A stretch of 64,000 nt of DNA from Malacoraja senta (Eukaryota). Of the stretch, positions 38,418 through 51,740 are shown piece by piece; positions within the stretch are counted from its first letter, which is position 1; each line of letters starts with the position of its first letter. The stretch is taken from NCBI GenBank assembly GCA_038087875.1, contig CM075987.1, positions 25,236,001 through 25,300,000 on the forward strand, written 5' to 3'. The position numbers were made by a program, and so were the translations under genes. The notes under the pieces are model-generated. The model was not told the DNA's origin. It made no database searches and saw only the letters and a program-made list of their open reading frames with translations.

Positions 38418-39190
38418 ACCTCCGTCAGTTTCGCCACCTCCAACGTGACCCCACCACTCGCCACATCTTCCCATCTCCCCCCATGTCTGCCTTCCGCAAA
38501 GACCGCTCCCTCCGCAACTCCCTTGTCAATTCTTCTATTCCCTCCCATACCACCCCCTCCCCTGGTACTTTCCCTTGCAACCGCAAGAGATGCAACACTT
38601 GTCCCTTCACCTCCCCCCTCCACTCCATTCAAGGACCCAAGCAGTCGTTCCAGGTGCGACAGAGGTTCACCTGCATCTCCTCCAACCTCATCTATTGCAT
38701 CCACTGCTCTAGATGCCAGCTGATCTACATCGGTGAGACCAAGCGGAGGCTTGGCGATCGTTTCGCCGAACACCTCCGGTCGGTCCGCAATAACCAACCT
38801 GAACTCCCGGTGGCTCAGCACTTCAACTCCCCCTCCCATTCCGTATCTGACCTCTCTATCCTGGGTCTCCTCCATGGCCACAGCGAGCAACACCGTAAAT
38901 TGGAGGAAATGCACCTCATATTCCGCTTGGGCAGTCTACATCCTGGGGGCTTGAACATTGAATTCTCCCAATTCTGCTAGCCCTTGCTGTCCCCTCCCCT
39001 TCATCAGCCATCTGGTTGTCTCCTCCCCTCCCCCAGCCCTCGGGCTCCTCCTCCGCCTTTTTCCTTTTTTCCTTTCTTCTCCCCACCCCCTATCAGTCTG
39101 AAGAAGGGTTTCAGCCCGAAACGTTACCTATTTCCTTCGCTGCATAGATGCTGCTGGACCCGCTGAGTTTCTCCAGCATTTTTGTGCACC
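38418..39190 (+). mobile_element. Penelope-like element (Neptune-type) 5'-truncated copy: Cys-rich linker + GIY-YIG endonuclease + pLTR
   Basis: Open frame ...C.RKRC.TC...FTC.SSNLIYCI.C..C.L.YIGET.R.L..RF.EH...VA.HF...LE...I..LGSL.P.GLN*; pLTR with CTGAAGA (39098-39104)...GAAACGTT follows. Confidence 0.93.
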
Positions 39191-39207
39191 CAAATGATTG
39201 CTGATTC

Positions 39208-39507
39208 TAGTTTAGTTTAGAGATACAGCGCGGAAACAGGCCCTTCAGCCCACCCAGCGATCCCCGCACACTAACACTATCCTACACACACTCGGGACAA
39301 TTTACAATTTTAACATTTTGCCAAGCCAATCAGCTTACAAAGCTGTACGTCTTTGGAGTGTGGGAGGAAACCAGAGCACACAGAGAAAACTCACAGAGGT
39401 CAGGGGGAGAACGCACAAACTCCGTACAGACAGAACCCATAGTCAGGATCGAACCCGGGTCTCTGGCGCTGTCAGGCAGCAACTCTACCGCTGCGCCACC
39501 CCGCCGC
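39208..39507 (-). mobile_element. HE1 SINE
   Basis: Reverse-complement match. Confidence 0.85.
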
Positions 39508-39844
39508 TCCATGTACAGATGTTGGTGGATTAACACAGATGTCACACGGTGTCACATGACCTCTAATGCAATAAACTAACTAGCAAGTCCAGTTAGATGT
39601 TTACCATCTGCAAGAGAAAATTACAGTCCCTAACTTCTGCACAGTGTATACTTCTGTACACAAAATTACAGTGTAATTACAAGAGAAACGTACTTGAAAA
39701 CACACGTCAGTAGTGAATGGCATCATCTTTGCACCAGGCCTTAAGTCATCTTCACCTCTAACATACTACACAATCAGGTTTGTGTCCAAGATTAACCAGG
39801 AGTATAACAAATACACGCATCTAACAAACCCTCTCCATTCTAGA

Positions 39845-40765
39845 AGAATAGAATCAAATGCCTTTTATTGTCATTCAAACAGACAAGGTTTGAACGAAAT
39901 TGCATTTTCTACAGTCTTAACATTACAAAAAAAAAAACAAGACACACACTTAACACAATTCACACAAACATCCATCACAGTGAATCTCCAACACCTCCTC
40001 ACTGTGATGGAAGGCAAAAGTCTTATCTCTTCCCTTTGTTCTTCACCCGCGGTCCAGCAGTCCAACTGCAGCGCCGAGGCGAACTGGGGCTCCCGATGTT
40101 AAAGCCCCCGGCGGGCAATGGTAAGTCCCGTGGCCGTTTAAGCCACGCCGGGCGATGTTAGGCCCCGGCTCCATGTCCTTTAAACCCCGCGATTCCAGCG
40201 GGAGAAGTTGCCGTTGCGGGAGCTCCGAAAAGTGGTCTCCCACCAGGGACCTGCGAGCTCCCGATGTTACTGTCCACCGAGCCTGCGGCCGGAGCCTCCG
40301 AAGCTGGGTCGCAGCCGAGCGCCACCACAGCCCTTCCCGCTCCGAAGTCGGCCAGCTCCGCGATGTCAGGTCCGCAGGCTCCGCGACTGGAACCCCTCAG
40401 GTTGGTTCCGGTTGGAGGCCGCCGCCGGCTCCACGATGTTAGGCCCAACGACACCGGAGACCCGACAGGGAAAAAGTCGGGTCCCGGTACAGGGAAGAGA
40501 CTGAGGTACAGTCTGAGGAAGGGTTTCGGCCCGAAACGTTGCCTATTTCCTTCGCTCCATAGATGCTGCTGCACCCGCTGAGTTTCTCCAGCATTTTTGT
40601 GTAACAGGGAAGAGACTAACGGTTTCCCCCACCCCCCACATATACACAGCTAAAGAAAAATAATATAAACTAGACTCAAGACATACATGAACAAGACAGA
40701 AATTAAAAAAATTAAAAAAGACAGACAGACTGTAGTCCAGCCGCTGCCGATAGGCGCCTCCACAC
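39845..40765 (-). mobile_element. GC-rich non-autonomous non-LTR element (Rex/L2-like 3' end), interrupted by a pLTR
   Basis: Minus-strand end TGACAATAAAAGG..(ATTCT)n, CpG-rich body 40040-40500; pLTR insert 40503-40603 with 14-bp TSD ACAGGGAAGAGACT. Confidence 0.55.
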
Positions 40766-41881
40766 CACAACACTACACGAATGTAATCTTGCAGTTTCTG
40801 TCAGATTCAACTGAACTCTGAAGACATTCACAGTTTCAGTTTGGCTTACTGTCACGTGTACTGAGGTACAGCGATGTTTAGTGCAAGGGAAAGACAGTAA
40901 AGTCTGATCAAAGGTGGTCCGAGGATCACCAATGAGGTAGATAGTAGTTCAGGACTGCACTCTAGTTGGTGATAGGATGGTTCAGTTGCCTGATAACAGC
41001 TGGCAAGAAACTCTCCCTGAATCTGGAGGTGAGCGTTTTCACACCTTTACATAGAAACATAGAAAATAGGTGCAGGAGTAGGCCATTCGGCCCTTCGAGC
41101 CTGCACCGCCATTCGATATGATCATGGCTGATCATCCAACTCAGTATCCTGTACCTGCCTTCTCTCCATACCCCCTGATCCCTTTAGCCACAAGGGCCAC
41201 ATCTAACTCCCTCTTAAATATAGCCAATGAACTGGCCTCAACTACCCTCTGTGGCAGAGAGTTCCACAGATTCACCACTACCTTTTACCTGATGGGAGAG
41301 GGGAGATATTAAATAGATATTATTTATTTCATCTGTGTGAATGAAAGAGATATGCAAGAAGGGAAGTAACAATTGTGGAACTGTAGAAGAGTGTGGAAAC
41401 AAAGAACTGCAGATGCTGGTTTATTCCAAAGGTAGACACAAGGTGCTGGAGTAACTCAGCGGGTCAGGCAGCATCTCTGGAGAAAAAAGGATCGGTGACG
41501 TTTCGGACCGGGACCCATCCCATTTATTAATTTTTGTTTTAGTTCAGCTTAGTTTCGTTCATCACGTGTACCAGGGTACAGTGAAAAGCTTATGTGGCGT
41601 GCTAACCTCAGTTTCAGTTTCGTTTATTGTCATGTGTACCGAGGTATTTAGCTCCTTGGCACTGCGGTGCCAATATCAGGCTTTCAAATGTACCACTGTT
41701 AACCCCAGGTAATGGCCGACTTGCCAAGATTTCATGCGCACCTCACCACAAACAGAAAGCGATTAGCATCAACATCCCCAAGAACAGGGCAGATGAAGAA
41801 ATAATTTGGTGCAGTCGTCAAACCACTATTTTTAACTGTGACACTTTTTTAATTGTCGCACAGCTACCAACTCAGAAATCA

Positions 41882-42207
41882 GGGCGGCACAGTGGTGCAG
41901 CGGTAGAGTTGCTGCCTTACAGCGCTTGCAGCGCTGGAGACCCCGGTTCGATCCCGACTACGGGCGCTTGTCTGTACGGAGGGTGTACGTTCTCCACGTG
42001 ACCTGCGTGTTTTTTCTCCGAGATCTTCCGTTTCCTCCCACACTCCAAAGACGTACAGGTTTGCAGGTTAATTGGCTTGGTGTAAATGTAAATTGTCCCT
42101 AGTGTGTGTAGGATAGTTTTAAATGTGCGGGGATCGCTGGTCGGCACGTACCCGGTGGGCCAAATGGCCTGTTTCTGCGCTGTATCTCTAAAACTAAAAA
42201 AAACTAA
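41882..42207 (+). mobile_element. HE1 SINE
   Basis: Full-length head, V-domain, tail. Confidence 0.9.
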
Positions 42208-44444
42208 TAGTTGAAAATAATGGCATAAACTGGTAGAACCTGCACAAGAGCTGGATGGGGCTCTTAAAGATAGCGGAGTCAGGGGATATGGGGAGAAGGT
42301 AGGAACAGGGTACTGATTGGGGATGATCAGCCATGATCACATTGAATGGCTGAATGGCCTACTCATGCACCTATTGTGTATTGTCTATTATCTATTGTCT
42401 AAGATAGGCATTAAGCACTCCATAAAACTTAGTTTCATGACTGCAACCCCGATACATTTGTTCCATTTAAGAATTAATTTCAAAAAAGGTGCAAAAAAAG
42501 TTTGTAAAGTTTTTAAATCCCACTGTAATCTGGCCCATGAGCCTGAAGACTGCAACGACCAGGTTCAGGAACAGCTACTTCCCCACAGCCATCAGGCTAT
42601 TAAACCTGGCTCGGATATAACACTGAACTTTACTAGCCAATACTGTTATTTGCACTTTATCAGTATATTGACCATTGTGTATATATTTATAGAATGCCTT
42701 GTAGTAAATGCCTACTATGTTCTGTTGTGCTCAAGCAAAGCAAGAATTTCATTGTCCTACCAGGGACACATGACAATAAACTCACTTGACTTGACTTGAC
42801 TATTTTAGTTTTGTTCAACTAAGATTGGAACTACCTCCAGGTTCAGGAGAAGGTTTCTTCCCAGCTGTTATCAATCAACTGAATGGTCCTCATCAGCTAG
42901 AGTGTGGTTCTGACCTATCATCTACCTCATTAGAAACCTTTGAACTATCTTTCATTGGACTTTATTGAACTTCAATGTTATACCTTTCACAGAGTGCTGT
43001 CCCCTTTATCTGTGATTGTAATAGAAACTGAGAAAATAGGTGTAGGAGTAGGCCATTCGGCCCTTCAAGCCAGCACCGCCATTCAATATGATCTTGGCTC
43101 ATCATCCAAAATCAGTACCTCGTGTCTCGTGTCTTTGCTATTTATTTCATTCCGCTTACATGTTTCTACACTTTGTTAAACTTTGTAAGGTGTCCTTCAG
43201 ACTTTTGAAAGGCGCCCATAAATAAAATGTATTATTATTATTATTATTACCCCGTTCCTGCTTCTTCCCCATCTATTTTGATTCCGTTAGCCCTAAGAGC
43301 TAAATCTAGCTCTCTCTTGAAATCATATGTAGTCTTTTCTTTGACTAGAGAGCATGCAAAAAAATGTTTTTCACTGTACCTCGGTACATGTGTAAACAAA
43401 GACTAAATGAAACCTCCTTTGTACCGTCTCCTAACCTGCCACATCTTTCCTGTAATGGGGTGACCAGAACAGGCCACATTTCACTCAATGAGGCCTAACC
43501 AAAGTCCTACAGAGCTGCATCATGGCTTTAGTTCAGAGATACAGCGTGGAAACAGGCCCCCGCCAAGTCCACATCGACCACCGATCACTCATACATCAGC
43601 TCTATTTTACACACCAGGAACAATTTACAGAAGCCAATTTACTTACTGTACAAATTTGCTGTTGTGTTGTGTCCCTTTTAAAATTGCTGTTTTTATCTAA
43701 AAAAATAGGTAATTACTGATTCTGTTCTTTTCTGTTTTTGTAGGGGGGTTTTTGCACAATCCGCAATCATTGCCACTTTTCATTTCACTGTACATATCGT
43801 ATGCGTATGTGACAAATAAACTTGACTTGACCTACAAACCTGCACGTCTTTGGAGTGTGGGAGGAAACCGGATCACCCGGAGAAAACCTTGGCTAAACTA
43901 AACTACAAAACTATCAAATCTTACTGTCATCTGGCCCATGACATATATGCCACCATTTTCTGTGCTACACCACCCTAATACAGGCAATCTATTTCTCAGA
44001 TCATCCTCATTATTTAATTCCACGTTCAAACAACCATCTAATATTCTTAAAACAAATTACAGATTTCATTCCAACAGAATTCCAATTATCGCCATGTGAT
44101 TTTTTTCTAAATTTTCCTTTAATCATTTTTGTCCTTGCCTCTGCTTTGCAAATGATCACAAGGTGGAAGCAATGATAAGTTGTATTATGACCTTCACAAG
44201 GCTGTCACTATGCACATTTCCCAGCTCAACGCCAAACAAATAATCCAGTCGACAAAAGAACCATGGGCAAGCTCTCCTGTCAAAGTTTTCATGTGATAGG
44301 AGTAGAATTAGGCCATTCGGCCCATCAAGTCTACTCCGCCATCCAATCAGCGCTCATCTATCTCTCCGTCCTAACCCCATTCTCCTGCCTTCTCCCCATA
44401 ACATCTGACACCCGCAACAATCAAAAATCTACATACTTTTCATG

Positions 44445-44667
44445 TGCATAACTTTTACATATCTTTCATTCATTTGTTCTACATCTCTCTACATCATCGT
44501 CTAGATCTCTCATTTCCCTTTCCCGCGACTATCAGTCTGAAGAAGGGTCTCGACCCGAAACGTCACCCATTCCTTCTCTCCAGAGATGATGCCTGTCCCG
44601 CTGAGTTACTCCAGCATTTTGTGTCTATCTTCGGTTTAAACCAGCTTTTGCAGTTCCTTCCTACACT
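44445..44667 (+). mobile_element. Penelope pLTR with minimal hammerhead motif
   Basis: CTGAAGA (44537-44543) A GGGTC-TC-GACCC GAAACGTC (44557-44564). Confidence 0.8.
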
Positions 44668-46299
44668 CTTATTTTTGGCTACGGGTTACAGTTGAGTTTG
44701 GATTTTGTTGCCCTGACACCCGTACTAATCAAGAATCTGTCAAACCCTGCCTTAACAATACCGATTGACTTGGCCTCCACAGCCTTCTGTGGCAATGAAT
44801 TCCACAGATTCACCACCCTCTGACTAAAGAAATTTCTCCTCATCTCCTTTCTAAAAGAACGTCCTTTAATTCTGAGGCTATGACCTCCAGTCCTAGACTC
44901 TCCCACTAGTGGAAACATCCTCTCCACATCCACTCTATCCAGGCCTTTCACTATTATGTAAGTTTCAATGAAGTCCATCCCCCCTCATTCTTCTAAATTC
45001 CATCCTTCCTCAGATATTGCTCACAATATTCAGATGACATTTTCAGTCCAAGACTCTTCTTCAGACTGAATATAGTGGGCAGAAAACTGCAAAAGAGGTG
45101 GGGCAGGGACTAAGCCCAGCAAGTGATAGCTGGATACACGCAAGCGGGTATAATTGGTCGAGTATCTGAAAAAGACTGGAGGTGGAAAGGAGACAAAATG
45201 ATGGTCAAAGCAGGTAAAGGATGAGTGAATTGTAGAACAGGCAGGAGTATTATGGATGGAACAAGACAGGGGAGGGGGGGGGGGTAGGGGGGGTGGGGAA
45301 TGGGGAGGATATTTCATCATCTTATCTTGGAAGACCCTGCAGTTTTTGCAGTTCTTTTCACAATAGCCTCTTTTGGAATAAGATAATAATAAGATAAGAA
45401 ACAATGGTGGCGCAGCGGTAGGGTTACTGCTTTACAACACCAGAGACCCGGGTTCAATCCTGACTGCGGGTGCTGTCTGTACGGAGTTTCTACATTCACC
45501 CCGTGACCTGCGTGGGTTTTCTCCGAGATCTTCGGTCCCCTCCAACATTCCAAAGACATATGGGTTTGTAGGCTGATTGGCTCGGTATAAATGTATAAAT
45601 GTAAAATAGTTCCTAGTGTGTGTCGGGTAGTGTTAATGTGCGGGGATCGCTGGTCGGCGTGGATTCGGTGGGCTAAATAAACTAAACTAAATACAATATA
45701 CAATACAATACAATATGGCTATATTCGTCACATTGCACATAAAGTGCAAGTGAAATGAATTTGCCAGCAGCGGTACAATGAGAAAGAACACACAAAAACA
45801 CACAATAAAATGTAACACAAACATCCACCACAGCATTCATCACTGTGGTGGAAGGCACAACATTTGGCCAGTCCTCCTCCATTTCTAAACAGGCTTATCT
45901 AGTTTTGAATAAGGCAAACCTTCGGGGGCAAGATTACCACTGGATATTTCATTTGTGGAATATTTGATGCTATTCCTATGTATCAGAAATGGATAAGGGG
46001 GGGGGGGAAAGTAATTCTCTGGTACTGAACTACACTTCCTCAGTGTTGAAACAACATTTTGACTCGTGATGGAATTAATCTTATATTCACTGTAGTTGGT
46101 GCCTATAGAAATATTCCAGAGTTTAATATGACAAAACTGATTCATAATCGATCCCCTTGTTACCTTTCCATAAATTGATCCAATAAATATTTGATGCCAT
46201 GTTTTCATGATGAGTATTGAACATTAGGTTAATAATGTAAAAATAATTTGAATAACTGCGTCTGAAAATGGTGCAGGATCAAGACTGTAAACAAGAGGT

Positions 46300-46410
46300 A
46301 GACACACAATGCTGAGTAACTCAGCGGGACAGGCAGCATCTCTGGAGAGAATGAATGGGTGACGTTTCGGGTCGAGACCCATCTTCAGACTGATCAAAGA
46401 TTCAGACTGA
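46300..46410 (-). mobile_element. Penelope pLTR mini-insertion
   Basis: 14-bp TSD TGTAAACAAGAGGT (46286-46299, 46411-46424). Confidence 0.8.
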
Positions 46411-48033
46411 TGTAAACAAGAGGTCTCCGTCTTTAGGGTGGTCCAGTGGTGCAGTGGTAGAGCTGCCGCCTTACAGCGCCAGGGACTCGGGTTCCATCCT
46501 ATCTGTGGGTGCTGTCTGTACAGAGTTTGTACGTTCTCCCCGTGGCCTGTGTGGGTTTTCTCCGGGTGCTCCGGGTTCCTGTCTCGCTCCAAAGACGTGC
46601 GGGTTTATCGTTTAATTGGCTTCAGTAAAATTGGAAATTGTGTGTGGGATAGTGTTAGTGTGCGGGGATTGCTGGTCAGCGTGGGTCTATAAAATCCCCT
46701 CTCAATTCCAGTGAATACAAACCCATTCTTTCACCATGTGTCTGTCCCGCCATCCCGGGAGTTAACCTGGTGAACCTACGCTGTACTCCCTCATCGGGAA
46801 CATGTTTCCTGGCGAGTCCAATCCCTTATTAATCTTATATGTTTCAATAAGATTCCCTCTCATCTGTCTCAATTCCAGAGTATACAAGCCCAGCCGCTCC
46901 ATTCTATCAACATATGACAGTCCCGCCATCCCGGGAATTAACCTGGTGAACCTACGCTGTACTCCCTCAATAGCAAGAATGTCATTCCTCATATTAGGAG
47001 ACCAAAACTGCACACAATATTCCAGGTACTCCAGACTCGCTGGGCCAAAGGGTCTGTTTCCATGCTGTATCTCTAAACTAAACTAATCTTCTGAGAAGGT
47101 TGGAGATCCTGGAGAGCAGAACCTGATTGATAGAGGCAGACCTGGTTCATTCAATTGTTTTTCCAACTGATTTTATTCAAGCCAACCTTTGCTCAGATTG
47201 TCTCATATCCATTTCAGAACCATAACTGCGCGGACCTTTTGTAATTTAGAGCAATTGTACATGTTTAAATTGAATGTATCAAACAAATTGATAACATTTA
47301 ATCAGAATGACTCAGTTGGCAGAGCGCTAGCCTCGGTTAGATTGTAAAACTGACGCTATCCTCGCAGAATCTGAAATAGCCTTCTGAGCATCATGCAATA
47401 GATGATGTGAATTGACAAAGGACCTGAAGGTATACGAAACATGCATATGTATTCTACCAGCAATGTATCAGTTCGCATTCCCTCTACTGTACTTTACAAT
47501 GTATGTTCCCTTCAATCAAATGCAGGGGGAAATAAATAACCTTTACACATGTAGGAATGGGAAATACAGAAAGGAGGCAAATGTCTGATTGCAGACATAA
47601 AATGCTGGAGTATCTCAGGGGGACAGGCGGCATCTCTGGAGAGAAGGAATGGGTAACGTTTCGAGCCGAGACCCATCTGACCCGAAGACCCAAACAAGGG
47701 TCTCGACCCGAAACGTCACCCATTCCTTCTGTCCAGAGGTGCTGCCTGTCCCGCTGAGTTACTCCAGCTTTTTGTGTCTATCTTCAGTTTGGACCAGCAT
47801 CTGCAGTTCCTTCCTACACAAATGACTGATTGAGGTGAGTGCACTTTTAAACGTTGATTCAGTGAATCAATTCACCTCCTGTTTCAATGACGAGCAAGAA
47901 CTGTGTCCAACTCGATGCAAAGTCCTTTTGCAACAGAGCAATCTAGGTGTGGGAGCAGGGGGTAGAAAACAGAATGTGTAGGAAGGAACTGCAGATGCTG
48001 GTTTACACCGAAGATAGACACAAAATACTGGAG

Positions 48034-48168
48034 CCTTCTTCTTGCGTATGGCGTGCACAGCATAAAGTTGCAGGACAACTTGTTCTATTTGATCTTATTT
48101 GATTGTGCACGCCAGGTTGATTGCATTCGTCGACCACGTGAAGGTTGCAATCTCCCACCCTGGATGTA
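48034..48168 (-). mobile_element. Short retroelement family A, copy 3 (nested in a Penelope pLTR)
   Basis: TSD AAAATACTGGAG (48022-48033, 48169-48180); head AGGGTGG-GA-GATTGCA-ACC-TTCACGT-GGT-C[del]GA-CGAA-TGCAATC. Confidence 0.85.
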
Positions 48169-48669
48169 AAAATACTGGAGTAAGTCAGCGGGACAGGCAG
48201 CATCTCTGGAGAAAAAGAGTGGGTGACGTTATGGTCTCGACCTGAAGCGTCACATATTCCTACTCTCCAGAGATGCTGCCTGTCCCACTGAGTTACTCCA
48301 GCGTTTTGTGTCCAACTTCTGTAGAAAGCGGAGGCCTGTCATGAGAGGCAGCCTGCTCGAGATTTATCATCGCTCATTCCGTGTCTTTGGAGGAATTGGT
48401 TCTCAATCTGTTTACCATAATCAATTGAATTTGTGTTTTGCGCCCTGTTTGAAAGATTATGTATTTGCCAAATGAGTTTTTCATTCTTACGACCGCCAAT
48501 TTTTTTTTTCAAAATCGGATTACGTTTCAAGCACTGTGGAGTAACATGCTTTATCCTTTCAACTAAAACCACCAATTATATGATCAACAAACAAAGCATT
48601 TTCGAAGAGCGCAAGAGACCGCACAAATGCCTGCTCTGAAGGCGATTTGTTTTTCTTCACTTTCAACTA

Positions 48670-48955
48670 TGAGTCACAGGGCTGTGGTTTCGAATGCCTT
48701 ACCCCAGAGACAGGGGGATGCAATCTGACAGCCTCCTGCAGCACGCCAGACACAAGTGCTGTATTGAGAGGAATGCTGTCTTTTTCAGAGGCTATGTTAA
48801 AACAGCACCAACTCGGTCCCACAACGAGCTGTGAAAGGTCCCCTGACAATATTCAGGCAGGCTCTCAGCAAACAATGAAGCATTTAAAAAAAAAACGTCC
48901 CAAGGTATTATCACTCAAGATGTGTGGCTCTGGGAGATGTTGCCGCAAATGACCA
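48670..48955 (+). mobile_element. Old Deu-domain SINE
   Basis: AGTGCTGTATTGAGAGGAATGCTGTCTTTTTCAGAGGCTATGTTAAA resembles the Deu-domain core (recalled consensus). Confidence 0.4.
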
Positions 48956-49057
48956 CCAGCTTGATCATAGAGAACAAGATTCAAGATTCAAGAGAGTTTA
49001 TTGTCATGTGTCCCAGACAGGACAATGAAATTCTTGCTTTGCTTCAGCTCAACAGAA

Positions 49058-49693
49058 TATAGAAACATAGAAAATAGGTGCAGGAGTAGGCCATTCGGCC
49101 CTTCGAGCCTGCACCGCCATTCAATATCATCATGGCTGATCATCCAACTCAGTATCCTGTACCTGCCTTCTCTCCATACCCCCTGATCCCTTTAGCAACA
49201 AGGGCCACATCTAACTCCCTCTTAAATATAGCCAATGAACTGGCCTCAACTGCCTTCTGTGGCAGAGAATTCCAGAGATTCACCACTCTCTGTGTGAAAA
49301 ATGTTTTTCTCATCTCGGTCTAAAAGATTTCCCCTTTATCCTTAAACTGTGACCCCTTGTCCTGGACTTCCCCAACATCGGGAACAATCTTCCTGCATCT
49401 AGCCTGTCCAACCCCTTAAGAATCTTGTAAGTTTCTATAAGATCCCCCCCTCAATCTTCTAAATTCCAGCGAGTACAAGCCGAGTCTATCCAGTCTTTCT
49501 TCATATGAAAGTCCTGACATCCCAGGAATCAGTCTGGTGAACCTTCTCTGTACTCCCTCTATGGCAAGAATGTCTTTCCTCAGATTTGGAGACCAAAACT
49601 GTACGCAATACTCCAGGTGTGGTCTCACCAAGACCCTGTACAACTGCAGTAGAACCTCCCTGCTCCTATACTCAAATCCTTTTGCTATGAATG
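49058..49693 (-). mobile_element. CR1/HER1 LINE 3' fragment
   Basis: [42 protein letters not shown]. Confidence 0.93.
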
Positions 49694-49904
49694 CTAAAGA
49701 AGGCATAAATACAGTGTCCATATACCATTGTATAAATATATACACACATCAATAAATAAAACAGATAAAGTGCAAATAAACAGATAATGGGCTATTAATG
49801 TTCAGAGTTTTGTTTGAGTTGAGTTCAATAGCCTGATGGCTGTGGGGAAGTAGCTGTTTCTGAACCTGGACGTTTTCAACTTTCAGGAGCATCATAAAAG
49901 GTGG

Positions 49905-50465
49905 AAGTGAGACCACACCTGGAGTATTGTGTGCAGTATAGGTCTCCAAATTTGAGGAAGGACATTCGTGCTATTGAAGGAGTGCAGCGTAGGTTCACGA
50001 GGTTAATTCCCGGGATGGCGGGACTGTCATATGTTGATAGAATGGAGCGGCTGGGCTTGTACACTCTGGAGTTTAGAAGGATGAGAGGGAATCTTATTGA
50101 AACATATAAGATTATTAAGGGATGGGACTCGCCAGAGGCAGGAAACATGTTCCCGATGTTGGGGGAGTCCAGAACCAGGGGCCACAGTTTAAGATTTTAG
50201 AACGGAGACGAGGAAAAAAATGTTCACCCAGAGAGTTGTGAGTCTGTGGAATTTTCTGCCTCAGTAGGCAGTGGAGGCCAATTCTCTGGATACTTTCAAG
50301 AGAGAGTTCGATAGAGCTCTTAAAGATAGCAGAGTCAGGGGATATGGGGAGAAGGCAGGAACGGGGTACGGATTGTGGATGATCAGCCATGATCATATTG
50401 AATGGCGATGCTGGCTCGAATGGCCGAATGGTCAACTTCTGCACCTATTGTCCATTGTCTATTGT
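49905..50465 (+). mobile_element. CR1/HER1 LINE 3' fragment
   Basis: [44 protein letters not shown]. Confidence 0.92.
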
Positions 50466-50882
50466 TTATCGTCTAAGACTGGTTCATAAGTGATTGGAAC
50501 AGAATTATGCCATTCAGCCATCAAGTCTACGGGTGTCAGAGGTTACGGGGAGAAGGCTGGAGAATGGGGTTAGGAGGGAGAGATAGATCAGCCATGATTG
50601 AATGGCGGAGTAGACTTGATGGGCCGCATGGCCTAATTCTACTTATATCACATGAATGAATGAATGAATGAATAAGTTTACTGGCCAAGTATTCACATAC
50701 AGGGAATTTGCCTTGGTGCTCCACCCGCAAGTGACAACATGACATACAGTGACAGTTAGAAATGACACATAAAACATTAATCATTAATAATAAAACATTA
50801 TTGATTAAACCTTATGATTATGACATTATGACCTATGTCTACTCCGCCATTCAATCATGGCTGATCTATCTCTCCCTCCTAA

Positions 50883-51131
50883 AGGGCCTGTCCCACGGGC
50901 ATGCGACTCCATGCCGCAAGCGCGACCTAACCGCAAGCGGGGGGCCGCGAGGAGGTCGCGGGGCCGGTCCCACTTCGATCGCCGGAGCCGTATGGAGTCG
51001 TGCGGAGCTGGTCCCGACATCGCGCGGGGCTCCGAAAAACTGACACTGTTCAAAAATTCCGTGCGGCAACGGCCTGCTGCCCCGCAGCCGCATCGAGGCC
51101 GTGCGCGCCGCATCGCCGTGGGACAGGCCCT
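50883..51131. mobile_element. PIF/Harbinger-type MITE, short H1 relative, inserted in a CR1 3' UTR
   Basis: AGGGCCTGTCCCAC...GTGGGACAGGCCCT; host CTCCTAACCCC target; flanks TAA / TTA. Confidence 0.88.
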
Positions 51132-51389
51132 TTACCCCATTCTCCTGCCTTCTCCCCATAATCCCCGACACCTGTACTAATCAAGAATCTATCTACCTCT
51201 GCCTTAAATTATTTCCATTGACTTGGCCGCCACAGCCTTCTGTGGCAGTGAATTCCACAACGGCAATGGTCGAAGAGGAACAAGATTTGGGGAAGGAGCA
51301 GCAGGAGGATTTGAAGGATAATTTGCTGAAGCCACAACTGCCAATGGCAAGATTGGAGAAGCACAGATGTCTCACAGGGCTACGATTGA

Positions 51390-51740
51390 CACAAAGGGCT
51401 GGAGTAACTCAGCGGGTCAAGCAGCATCTCTGGACACATTTTGGGTCGAGACGCTTCTTCAGACTGAGAGTCGGGGGGGAGGGGAAACGGGAGATAAAGC
51501 AGGAGCATAGAACAAGTGAATGAAAGATATGGAAAAATCATCGATGACCAAGGAAAGGAGGAGCCCACAATGGTCCATTGTTGGCTGTGGTGAAGGTGAC
51601 AACGAAAGATAGAAGCAAAGAAACTCAGCAGGACGACAGTGAAACTAGCACGACGACTAGGGTGGGAGAAGGACGGAGAGAGAGGGGATGCAAGGATTAC
51701 TTGAAGGTAGAGAAATCAATAACCATACCACTGGGCTGCA
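51390..51740 (-). mobile_element. Penelope-like 3' fragment
   Basis: GIY-YIG C-terminal remnant (QPSGMVIDFSTFK*) plus pLTR. Confidence 0.75.

Noticed and set aside
38246..38914. 222-aa minus-strand ORF
   Set aside because: Antisense shadow of the Penelope GIY-YIG frame
47308..47345. tRNA-like GACTCAGTTGGCAGAGCGCTAGCCTC
   Set aside because: Only an A-box/D-arm resemblance; no T-arm/B-box or acceptor stem
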